A stretch of 32,000 nucleotides of DNA from Formosa sp. Hel1_33_131 (GTDB taxonomy: Bacteria > Bacteroidota > Bacteroidia > Flavobacteriales > Flavobacteriaceae), in assembly GCF_001735745.1 (NCBI RefSeq), contig NZ_CP017260.1:1200001-1232000 (forward strand), read 5' to 3'. The position numbers and the translations under genes are program-made. The notes under the pieces are model-generated. The model was not told the origin of the DNA. It was given only the letters and a program-made list of their open reading frames with translations, and did not search any database. Shown one piece after another: positions 9,899 to 17,286 of this stretch; the stretch's first letter is position 1; each line of letters starts with the position of its first letter.

Positions 9899-10756
9899 AT
9901 GATACATTCCATGACGGGCTACGGTAAGTCTGTATTACAATTGCCAAGCAAAACCATCTCCATTGAGATCAAATCGTTGAATAGTAAAACCTTAGACCTC
10001 AACATGCGCATGCCGTCTATGTACCGATCTAAAGAGTTGAACCTTCGAAAACTCATTGCTTCTAGATTAAACAGAGGTAAAGTAGATTTTTCATTGTATT
10101 TTGAAAACACTGGGGGAGAAACGTTTGCAAAGGTCAACCCTACGGTGGTAAATAAGTACATGACACAATTGGAAGGATTGGCGACTGGAAACAGAATGCA
10201 GCTTTTGCAAATGGCCATCAAAATGCCGGATGCTATTAGTACCGAACGTGACGAAATAGACGAAACAGAATGGGCGGACATTCAAAATGAAATCCATAAA
10301 GCGTTGGACAATATTGCGCTGTACCGATTGGAAGAAGGCAACGTATTGGAAGCGGATTTCACAAAACGAATTGCCATCATATCGGACTTGCTAGATCAAG
10401 TGCTTACCATAGATCCGGAACGCATCACAAATGTACGAGAGCGTTTGCACAAAGGAGTTTCAGAACTGAAAGAAAAATATGATGGAAACCGCTTTGAACA
10501 AGAGTTGGTGTATTACATCGAAAAATTTGACATTACCGAAGAAAAAGTGCGCCTTCAAAACCATTTGGAGTACTTTATAAAAACCTTAAATTCTGACGAT
10601 TCTAATGGTAAAAAATTAGGGTTTATTTCTCAAGAAATTGGTCGCGAAGTGAATACCATTGGATCGAAAGCTAATTTTGCACCCATGCAAAAATTGGTGG
10701 TTCAAATGAAAGATGAATTAGAAAAAATTAAAGAACAATTACTCAATGTCCTCTAA
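9899..10756 (+). CDS. YicC-family stress-induced protein
   Basis: Contains the MTGYGKS N-terminus and the C-terminal FISQEIGREVNTIGSKAN motif. The true start may be the MTGYG Met at 9911. Confidence 0.85.
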   Translation: MIHSMTGYGKSVLQLPSKTISIEIKSLNSKTLDLNMRMPSMYRSKELNLRKLIASRLNRGKVDFSLYFENTGGETFAKVNPTVVNKYMTQLEGLATGNRMQLLQMAIKMPDAISTERDEIDETEWADIQNEIHKALDNIALYRLEEGNVLEADFTKRIAIISDLLDQVLTIDPERITNVRERLHKGVSELKEKYDGNRFEQELVYYIEKFDITEEKVRLQNHLEYFIKTLNSDDSNGKKLGFISQEIGREVNTIGSKANFAPMQKLVVQMKDELEKIKEQLLNVL

Positions 10757-11327
10757 GATGCCACAAGGAAAACTAATTGTATTCTCGGCACCGTCGGGAT
10801 CAGGAAAAACAACGATTGTAAGACATTTGTTGGCTCAAAAAGAATTGAATTTAGAGTTTTCTGTGTCGGCAACCTCCCGTGAAAAAAGAGGGACTGAAGT
10901 CGATGCAAAAGACTATTATTTTTTGTCGAGTGATGCGTTTAAACAACACATAAAGTCCGACGATTTTCTGGAATGGGAAGAAGTCTATAGAGATAATTTT
11001 TATGGCACACTCAAGTCCGAACTAGAACGCATTTGGGCCTTGGGAAAACATGTTATTTTTGATATAGATGTTTCTGGTGGCTTGCGGATTAAACGTAAAT
11101 TTCCAGAGCAGACTTTGGCAATTTTCGTAAAACCTCCAAGCATCGATGAATTAAAGATTCGTCTCAAAAAACGACAAACAGAAACCCAAGATAAAATCAA
11201 TATGCGGGTGGCGAAGGCGTCGGCAGAACTTGCCACTGCGCCTTTATTTGACTGCATCATTGAAAATGATGTTTTAGAAACGGCTCAGAAAGAAGCTTAC
11301 GATAAAGTTACTGAATTTATTAACTAA
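10746..11327 (+). CDS. gmk: Guanylate kinase
   Basis: P-loop SAPSGSGKTT, TSREKRGTEVDAKDYYF and the expected size. Confidence 0.9.
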   Translation: MSSKMPQGKLIVFSAPSGSGKTTIVRHLLAQKELNLEFSVSATSREKRGTEVDAKDYYFLSSDAFKQHIKSDDFLEWEEVYRDNFYGTLKSELERIWALGKHVIFDIDVSGGLRIKRKFPEQTLAIFVKPPSIDELKIRLKKRQTETQDKINMRVAKASAELATAPLFDCIIENDVLETAQKEAYDKVTEFIN

Positions 11328-11333
11328 GAATCG

Positions 11334-11915
11334 ATGAATATTGGACTCTTTTTTGGAACGTTTAACCCCCTACATGTTGGGCATCTTGTCATTGCCAATC
11401 ATATTGCGGAGCATTCCGATTTGGACCAAGTTTGGATAGTGGTTACGCCACAAAGTCCCCACAAAAAAAAGCAAAGTTTGTTGGACAATCACCAGCGCTT
11501 AGAAATGGTGTATCTAGCGACTAAAGAGTATCCAAAACTGAAGCCGAGTGCGATTGAATTTGATTTGCCTCAGCCTAATTATACGGTGCATACATTGGCA
11601 TATTTAGAAGAAAAACACCCCGAACACCGCTTTGCGCTTATTATGGGAGAGGATAATTTAAAGTCCTTACCAAAATGGAAAAATGCAGAGGTGATTCTCA
11701 AAAGCTATCCGATTTACGTGTATCCTAGAAGCTCCAGCACGTCCAAAAAAACAGCGGTCTTGGAAACAGACGCGAACATCATTAAAATAGATGCTCCCAT
11801 AATGGAGTTGTCTTCGACCTTTATTCGTCAGTCAATTAAGGCGGGTAAAAATATTAGACCAATGCTTCCCGATGCAGTTTGGGAATACTTAGATGAAATG
11901 AATTTTTATAAATAA
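11334..11915 (+). CDS. nadD: Nicotinate-nucleotide adenylyltransferase
   Basis: GLFFGTFNPLHVGH (HxGH nucleotidyltransferase motif) and the C-terminal SSTFIR motif. Confidence 0.9.
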   Translation: MNIGLFFGTFNPLHVGHLVIANHIAEHSDLDQVWIVVTPQSPHKKKQSLLDNHQRLEMVYLATKEYPKLKPSAIEFDLPQPNYTVHTLAYLEEKHPEHRFALIMGEDNLKSLPKWKNAEVILKSYPIYVYPRSSSTSKKTAVLETDANIIKIDAPIMELSSTFIRQSIKAGKNIRPMLPDAVWEYLDEMNFYK

Positions 11916-11918
11916 CAG

Positions 11919-12911
11919 ATGGTTAAAATTGGTTCCATAGAACTTCCCGAATTCCCTTTATTGCTTGCACCCATGGAAGATGTGAGCGACCCTCCTTTTC
12001 GTGCCTTGTGTAAAGAGCAGGGAGCCGATGTGGTTTACACGGAATTTATTTCGAGTGAGGGCTTGATTCGTGATGCGGTTAAAAGCACCATGAAATTGGA
12101 TATTTATGAAAAAGAACGTCCGGTGGGCATTCAGATTTTTGGGGCTAATTTGGACAGTATGTTACAAGCGGTTGAGATTGTTGAAAAATCCAACCCAGAT
12201 ATTATTGATATTAATTTTGGCTGTCCCGTTAAAAAAGTAGTGAGTAAAGGTGCCGGTGCCGGTATTTTAAAAGACGTTTGTTTGATGGAAAAACTCACGG
12301 CTGAAATGGTGAAACGCACCAATTTACCTATTACGGTCAAAACCCGTTTGGGCTGGGATCATGATTCCATTCGGATAGTGGAAGTGGCGGAACGACTGCA
12401 AGATGTAGGCTGTGCGGCGATTTCTATTCACGGGCGCACCCGTGCCCAAATGTATAAAGGCGCTGCCGATTGGGCGCCGATTTCGGAGGTTAAAAACAAT
12501 CCGCGTATGCACATTCCAATTTTTGGAAATGGTGATGTCAACACACCGGAGCGTGCCATTGAAATGCGCGATCAGTATGGATTGGATGGTGCTATGATTG
12601 GACGGGCTACGATTGGGAATCCTTGGTTTTTTAAGCAAGTCAAACACTTTATGCAAACGGGGCAACATTTGGGGCCGATTAGCATGTTAGAACGTGTGGA
12701 AGCTGCCCGACGTCATTTGCAAATGGCAATTGATTGGAAAGGAGAAGTTTTGGGTGTGTTAGAAACCAGACGTCATTATACCAATTATTTTAAAGGCATT
12801 CCAGATTTTAAACCGTTCAGAACAAAAATGGTAACCAGCGATCACAGTGCCGATGTTTTTGCGGCCTTTGACGAAGTGGAAGCCGTCTTTGGTGGCTATC
12901 AGTTTGTTTAG
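11919..12911 (+). CDS. dusB: tRNA dihydrouridine synthase
   Basis: LLLAPMEDVSDPPFR, DINFGCP and HGRTRAQMYKGAADW motifs. Confidence 0.9.
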   Translation: MVKIGSIELPEFPLLLAPMEDVSDPPFRALCKEQGADVVYTEFISSEGLIRDAVKSTMKLDIYEKERPVGIQIFGANLDSMLQAVEIVEKSNPDIIDINFGCPVKKVVSKGAGAGILKDVCLMEKLTAEMVKRTNLPITVKTRLGWDHDSIRIVEVAERLQDVGCAAISIHGRTRAQMYKGAADWAPISEVKNNPRMHIPIFGNGDVNTPERAIEMRDQYGLDGAMIGRATIGNPWFFKQVKHFMQTGQHLGPISMLERVEAARRHLQMAIDWKGEVLGVLETRRHYTNYFKGIPDFKPFRTKMVTSDHSADVFAAFDEVEAVFGGYQFV

Positions 12912-14107
12912 GCGTTTAGCTGCGCTTTAGCGATCCGTTGGGACGCAATGCGTGAGGCTAATACTCCTAAAATAAAAATAGTTCCGAATACAATTCCGAT
13001 ATTGCTTAGCTGTAAATCTACTGGATATGGTAAGGAAGGTGTAATCATCACCAAAGCATGTTTTTGTTGCAGCCAGATGGCGACCACGCCAATACCGAGT
13101 CCTATGCCTCCACCCATCAGCGTCATTAAAATACCTTGGTAATAAAAGATGCGTCGCAATTCTTTGACGGTCGCCCCTAAATTGTATAAGGTTTTCAAGT
13201 TCTTATTCTTATCTAATATCATCATAATGATGGATCCAATAATATTAAACAAGGCGATGATCAGAATCAATGTGAAAATCAAATAGACCGCCACATGCTC
13301 TGTATTGAGCATTTTATAAAGCGCGTCGTTGAGTTGGAGGCGGTTCTTTATCGTAATTTTATTGTCAAAAATAGATTGAAGGGCAGGTCTTACGCTGTCT
13401 TCATCAACAGCCGGTTTTAGATAAATATCTATTGCACTGAGGGTTTCGGCGTCGTAGTTTAATAAATATTTCGCGTTTTCAATAGAAGTAAATACCGTTC
13501 CGTTATCAAGGGTTTCATTGACTTGAAAAATACCTGCATTGGCAACTTTTAGGCTTGTAAAAGCACTTTTTACAGAGGTCTGTTGTCCAGTGCCTGGTTT
13601 GGGCGCATAGAGTTTAATGACTTTGGCGACATCAAAAATTCCAAAACCTAGTTCGTTGGTGATGCCCCAACCGGCTACAATTTGAGAGGTGTTGGGTTCA
13701 AACCATTGTCCATACACCAAAATAGAATCAATGGTGGCTTGGGGATAGTTTGCATCCACACCTTTAAGCGTGACGGCCAGATGTTTGTTCTCGCAGTTCA
13801 TTAGCATCCGCTCCTCCACAACTTCTGTAAAGGAGTCGACACTGTTAAGTGCTGTGAGTGCTTTTTTTTGAGCCGGCGTAAACTGAATTGTTTTGGTGGT
13901 GGTGGGTACGATTTTTAGGTCAGGATCCGCAAAAGAGGTGAATTCTAAACTGAAATTTTTAAGTCCCGAGAAACCCGAAAGCACTATAAACAGGGCTGCG
14001 GTTCCTATAATAATCCCAAAGCCAGCAATAAGAGTGATAAAATTGATGGCGTTGTTATTGCTTTTAGAAAACAAATAACGTTGGGCGATATAGAGCGGGA
14101 ATTTCAA
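12908..14107 (-). CDS. FtsX-like ABC transporter permease (LolC/E family)
   Basis: 399 aa. N-terminal IAQRYLFSK...AINFITLIAGFGIIIGTAALFIVLSGFSG, a large periplasmic loop and three C-terminal TM spans. Confidence 0.8.
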   Translation of the reverse strand: MKFPLYIAQRYLFSKSNNNAINFITLIAGFGIIIGTAALFIVLSGFSGLKNFSLEFTSFADPDLKIVPTTTKTIQFTPAQKKALTALNSVDSFTEVVEERMLMNCENKHLAVTLKGVDANYPQATIDSILVYGQWFEPNTSQIVAGWGITNELGFGIFDVAKVIKLYAPKPGTGQQTSVKSAFTSLKVANAGIFQVNETLDNGTVFTSIENAKYLLNYDAETLSAIDIYLKPAVDEDSVRPALQSIFDNKITIKNRLQLNDALYKMLNTEHVAVYLIFTLILIIALFNIIGSIIMMILDKNKNLKTLYNLGATVKELRRIFYYQGILMTLMGGGIGLGIGVVAIWLQQKHALVMITPSLPYPVDLQLSNIGIVFGTIFILGVLASRIASQRIAKAQLNA

Positions 14108-14500
14108 TTATGCCTTTTTTCGTTTCTCTAACAATTCGGGGTTTTCAATTGGATTTTCGGTGCGTTTGAGTGATTTGTCTATTTGATCGATGTATTCCAA
14201 AGAGTCATCAATATAAAAAATTAATTGCGGCATGCGACGCAATTGGTGCTTGGTCCGTTGCGACAGCTCATGCTTAATGAGCGGAGCGTTTGACTTGATG
14301 CCTTCTAAAAGCTCAGCACCTTTATCAATCGGGAAAATACTCAAATACACTTTGGCGATCGAAAGATCGACAGTAACATTGACCTTTGTGACCGAAATAA
14401 GTATGCCTTTCATCCCACCCTGAGTGGCTGCGCCTTGTAATACCTCAACGAGATCACGCTGTAAAACGGAGGCTATTTTTTTTTGTCTTTGACTTTCCAT
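14108..14500 (-). CDS. rbfA: Ribosome-binding factor A
   Basis: 130 aa with QRQKKIASVLQRDL...VTKVNVTVDLSIAKVYLS...RRMPQLIFYID. Confidence 0.9.
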   Translation of the reverse strand: MESQRQKKIASVLQRDLVEVLQGAATQGGMKGILISVTKVNVTVDLSIAKVYLSIFPIDKGAELLEGIKSNAPLIKHELSQRTKHQLRRMPQLIFYIDDSLEYIDQIDKSLKRTENPIENPELLEKRKKA

Positions 14501-14567
14501 GGGGTAAAAATAATATATTTCTGGGTGAATTGTTTAAAAGCTAGTCCTTTTCGGTTAAATTTGTGGT

Positions 14568-14981
14568 ATGCTGAAGAAAATAGAACATATTGGCATTGCC
14601 GTAAAAGACCTAAAAGCTTCTAATGAATTGTTTGAAAAGCTCTTAGGCGTGCCGCATTATAAAACCGAAGCGGTGGTATCTGAAGGAGTGACAACTTCTT
14701 TTTTTGATGTGGGAACGCATAAAATTGAGCTGCTGGCAGCGATGGACGCCAACAGTCCTATTGCTAAGTTTATTGCTAAAAAAGGCGAAGGTGTGCATCA
14801 CATTGCTTTTGAGGTAGAGGACATTGCCGCCGAATTGGTACGTTTAAAAGCGGAAGGCTTTGAATTGATACATGAAACTGCCAAAGAAGGCGCAGATAAT
14901 AAGCGTATTGCGTTTCTACATCCGAAATCTACCAATGGGGTTCTGATTGAACTCTGTCAAGAACACTCTAATAAAGATTGA
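14568..14981 (+). CDS. mce: Methylmalonyl-CoA epimerase (VOC/glyoxalase fold)
   Basis: 137 aa with IEHIGIAVKDL...GEGVHHIAFEVEDI...AFLHPKSTNGVLIELCQ. Confidence 0.85.
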   Translation: MLKKIEHIGIAVKDLKASNELFEKLLGVPHYKTEAVVSEGVTTSFFDVGTHKIELLAAMDANSPIAKFIAKKGEGVHHIAFEVEDIAAELVRLKAEGFELIHETAKEGADNKRIAFLHPKSTNGVLIELCQEHSNKD

Positions 14982-15028
14982 TTTTCTTTTTATAATTTTA
15001 AAAAACGTTGTAATATTGCAGCCGTATT

Positions 15029-15102
15029 GGTCCCATAGCTCAGTTGGTTAGAGCATCTGACTCATAATCAGAGGGTCCATGGTTCGAGCCCATGTGGGAC
15101 CA
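15029..15102 (+). tRNA. tRNA with anticodon CAT (elongator Met, or Ile2 if lysidine-modified)
   Basis: Hand-folded cloverleaf: acceptor ggtccca/tgggacc, D arm gctc-agttggtta-gagc, anticodon arm tctga-ctCATaa-tcaga, variable gggtc, T arm catgg-ttcgagc-ccatg, discriminator a. It lacks initiator features (no 3 GC pairs in the anticodon stem). The C4:G69 and C5:G68 pairs resemble tRNA-Ile2, so its identity is ambiguous. Confidence 0.9.
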
Positions 15103-15110
15103 CAAATAAA

Positions 15111-15134
15111 AGCAGCTCTAGGGCTGCTTTTTTA
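15111..15134 (+). terminator. Terminator-like hairpin after the tRNA, repeated in every array unit
   Basis: agcagc-tctagg-gctgct followed by tttttt. Copies at +391 steps (15502, 15893, 16284, 16675) and at 24154. Confidence 0.6.
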
Positions 15135-15150
15135 TATCAAAACCAGATCG

Positions 15151-15438
15151 ATGCCCTTTTGTTATATCATATACAGCCCTCAAATTGATTCGTATTACAC
15201 AGGATCGTGTGCTAATTTTGACCTCAGACTGAAAGCTCATAACTCCAAAAAATATGCTTCTTCTTACACCTCACAGTCTGACGACTGGGAACGCTTTTTG
15301 GTAATTCAAACAGAAACCAACAAACATGCTCTTCAAATCGAACGTAAAATTAAACAAATGAAAAGCCGTGTTTTCATTGAAAATTTGAAAAAATATCCTG
15401 AACTAGTAGATAAAATAAAAAAGCAAACGTGCATCTGA
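15151..15438 (+). CDS. GIY-YIG nuclease-family protein (YhbQ/URI-type), array copy 1
   Basis: 95 aa from MPFCYIIYSPQIDSYYTGSCANFDLRLKAHNS...HALQIERKIKQMKSR. The pattern (hydrophobic-Y strand, YTG, RLxxHN, ALxxExxxK) matches small GIY-YIG/URI domains. The 119-aa track version starts inside the tRNA T arm and is rejected. Confidence 0.75.
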   Translation: MPFCYIIYSPQIDSYYTGSCANFDLRLKAHNSKKYASSYTSQSDDWERFLVIQTETNKHALQIERKIKQMKSRVFIENLKKYPELVDKIKKQTCI

Positions 15439-15541
15439 CTCCCCCGATAACTATCGGGGCAGAGGGTCCATGGTTCGAGCCCATGTGGGACCACAAATAA
15501 AAGCAGCTCTAGGGCTGCTTTTTTATATCAAAACCAGATCG

Positions 15542-15829
15542 ATGCCCTTTTGTTATATCATATACAGCCCTCAAATTGATTCGTATTACACAGGATCGTG
15601 TGCTAATTTTGACCTCAGACTGAAAGCTCATAACTCCAAAAAATATGCTTCTTCTTACACCTCACAGTCTGACGACTGGGAACGCTTTTTGGTAATTCAA
15701 ACAGAAACCAACAAACATGCTCTTCAAATCGAACGTAAAATTAAACAAATGAAAAGCCGTGTTTTCATTGAAAATTTGAAAAAATATCCTGAACTAGTAG
15801 ATAAAATAAAAAAGCAAACGTGCATCTGA
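15542..15829 (+). CDS. GIY-YIG nuclease-family protein, array copy 2 (protein identical to copy 1)
   Basis: Same as copy 1. The nucleotide sequence appears identical by eye. Confidence 0.75.
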   Translation: MPFCYIIYSPQIDSYYTGSCANFDLRLKAHNSKKYASSYTSQSDDWERFLVIQTETNKHALQIERKIKQMKSRVFIENLKKYPELVDKIKKQTCI

Positions 15830-15932
15830 CTCCCCCGATAACTATCGGGGCAGAGGGTCCATGGTTCGAGCCCATGTGGGACCACAAATAAAAGCAGCTC
15901 TAGGGCTGCTTTTTTATATCAAAACCAGATCG

Positions 15933-16220
15933 ATGCCCTTTTGTTATATCATATACAGCCCTCAACTTGATTCGTATTACACAGGATCATGTGCTAATTT
16001 TGACCTCAGACTGAAAGCTCATAACTCCAAAAAATATGCTTCTTCTTACACCTCCAAGTCTGACGACTGGGAACGCTTTTTGGTAATTCAAACAGAAACC
16101 AACAAACATGCTCTTCAAATCGAACGTAAAATTAAACAAATGAAAAGCCGTGTTTTCATTGAAAATTTGAAAAAATATCCTGAACTAGTAGATAAAATAA
16201 AAAAGCAAACGTGCATCTGA
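15933..16220 (+). CDS. GIY-YIG nuclease-family protein, array copy 3
   Basis: Differs from copies 1-2 by I->L and Q->K plus one synonymous change. Confidence 0.75.
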   Translation: MPFCYIIYSPQLDSYYTGSCANFDLRLKAHNSKKYASSYTSKSDDWERFLVIQTETNKHALQIERKIKQMKSRVFIENLKKYPELVDKIKKQTCI

Positions 16221-16323
16221 CTCCCCCGATAACTATCGGGGCAGAGGGTCCTTGGTTCGAGCCCATGTGGGACCACAAATAAAAGCAGCTCTAGGGCTGC
16301 TTTTTTATATCAAAACCAGATCG

Positions 16324-16611
16324 ATGCCCTTTTGTTATATCATATACAGCCCTCAACTTGATTCGTATTACACAGGATCATGTGCTAACTTTGACTTAAG
16401 ACTGAAAGCTCATAACTCCAAAAAATACGTCGCTTCTTACACCTCCAAGTCTGACGACTGGAAACGCTTTTTGGTAATTCAAACAGAAACAAACAAACAT
16501 GCTCTTCGACTTGGAAGTAAAATTAAACAAATGAAAAGCCGAGTTTTTATTGAGAATTTGAAAAAATATCCAGAACTAGTAGATAAAATAAAAAAGCAAA
16601 CGAGCATCTGA
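16324..16611 (+). CDS. GIY-YIG nuclease-family protein, array copy 4 (probably inactive variant)
   Basis: Second subfamily (YVASYTSK, WKRF, HALRL). It reads RLGSK where every other copy has (I/L)ERK, so the conserved Glu of the AL..E..K motif is lost. Confidence 0.65.
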   Translation: MPFCYIIYSPQLDSYYTGSCANFDLRLKAHNSKKYVASYTSKSDDWKRFLVIQTETNKHALRLGSKIKQMKSRVFIENLKKYPELVDKIKKQTSI

Positions 16612-16714
16612 CTCCCCCGATAGCTATCGGGGCAGAGGGTCCATGGTTCGAGCCCATGTGGGACCACAAATAAAAGCAGCTCTAGGGCTGCTTTTTTATA
16701 TCAAAACCAGATCG

Positions 16715-17002
16715 ATGCCCTTTTGTTATATCATATACAGCCCTCAACTTGATTCGTATTACACAGGATCATGTGCTAATTTTGACCTCAGACTGAAAGC
16801 TCATAACTCCAAAAAATACGTCGCTTCTTACACCTCCAAGTCTGACGACTGGAAACGCTTTTTGGTAATTCAAACAGAAACAAACAAACATGCTCTTCGA
16901 CTCGAACGTAAAATTAAACAAATGAAAAGCCGAGTTTTTATTGAGAATTTGAAAAAATATCCTGAACTAGTAGATAAAATAAAAAAGCAAACGTGCATCT
17001 GA
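16715..17002 (+). CDS. GIY-YIG nuclease-family protein, array copy 5 (mosaic of both subfamilies)
   Basis: Subfamily-2 central part (YVAS, WKRF, RLERK) with subfamily-1 5' and 3' nucleotide markers (aattttgacctcaga, cctgaactag, acgtgcatc, gataactatc). Confidence 0.75.
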   Translation: MPFCYIIYSPQLDSYYTGSCANFDLRLKAHNSKKYVASYTSKSDDWKRFLVIQTETNKHALRLERKIKQMKSRVFIENLKKYPELVDKIKKQTCI

Positions 17003-17060
17003 CTCCCCCGATAACTATCGGGGCAGAGGGTCCTTGGTTCGAGCCCAAGTGGGACCACCC

Positions 17061-17093
17061 TGAAAACCCTTCTTTATTGAGGGGTTTTTTGTT
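17061..17093 (+). terminator. Terminator-like hairpin after the last tRNA 3'-half copy of the first array
   Basis: aaaaccc ... gggtttt stem followed by a T-run (tgaaaacccttctttattgaggggtttttt). Confidence 0.4.
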
Positions 17094-17286
17094 GCTCTCA
17101 CTCTCTAACCAGTCTCGAAAAGCTTCTAAAAGCCATCTCTTACTTAATTTCTAAACATCTCAAAGAACAGTCCAAATTTACTAAAAACTGACAGACTTTT
17201 GACAGACAATTCTGTTCTTTTCGCTTTTAGCCCTTTTCTCAACACGCTTTGTTCCAAAGCTACTGAGCTAATTGTTTCTTATGGGC

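Larger units (their letters stand above)
15069..17057 (+). repeat. Tandem array, five 391-bp units plus a terminal tRNA 3'-half copy
   Basis: Exact 391-bp period: ORF starts at 15151/15542/15933/16324/16715 and tRNA 3'-half copies at 15069, 15460, 15851, 16242, 16633 and 17024. Unit order is tRNA 3' half (34 nt), hairpin plus T-tract, 95-aa ORF, 11-nt anticodon-stem copy (gcatctgactc), then the 18-nt palindrome ccccgata(a/g)ctatcgggg. Confidence 0.95.

Noticed and set aside
14985-15028. Promoter for the tRNA (taatattg as a Bacteroidota -7 TAnnTTTG-like box)
   Set aside because: It is only a partial match with no well-spaced -33 TTG, which is not enough to call.
15103-15468. Group I intron with a homing endonuclease inserted in the tRNA anticodon loop
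   Set aside because: The intact tRNA is uninterrupted and precedes the units. Non-coding sequence per unit is only ~100 nt and consists of the tRNA half, one hairpin and one palindrome, too little for a group I core. I saw no P/Q/R/S-like pairings. The idea of anticodon-loop targeting is kept as a hypothesis only.
15079-17002. The 119-aa versions of the repeated ORFs in the track (MVRAHVGPQIKAALGLLFYIKTRS...)
   Set aside because: Their first 24 codons read through the tRNA T arm, acceptor stem and terminator hairpin. In two units the 'start' is TTG, created by the T-stem variant. The GIY-YIG homology begins at the internal Met (MPFCYIIY), so I call the 95-aa form.
16479-17058. Minus-strand 62-77-aa ORFs (MVPHGLEPWTLCPDSYRG..., also 23913-24146)
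   Set aside because: They are antisense translations of the tRNA 3' half (the LGLEPRT signature) and of the GIY-YIG ORF. They are repeated only because the array is repeated.
15029-17093. CRISPR array
   Set aside because: The 391-bp units are contiguous with no unique spacers, each contains a protein-coding ORF, and no short direct repeat alternates with variable sequence.
17240-17276. Minus-strand tRNA gene suggested by ttagctcagtagc
   Set aside because: No complementary D-stem strand (gagc), no T arm and no acceptor pairing, so it does not fold into a cloverleaf.
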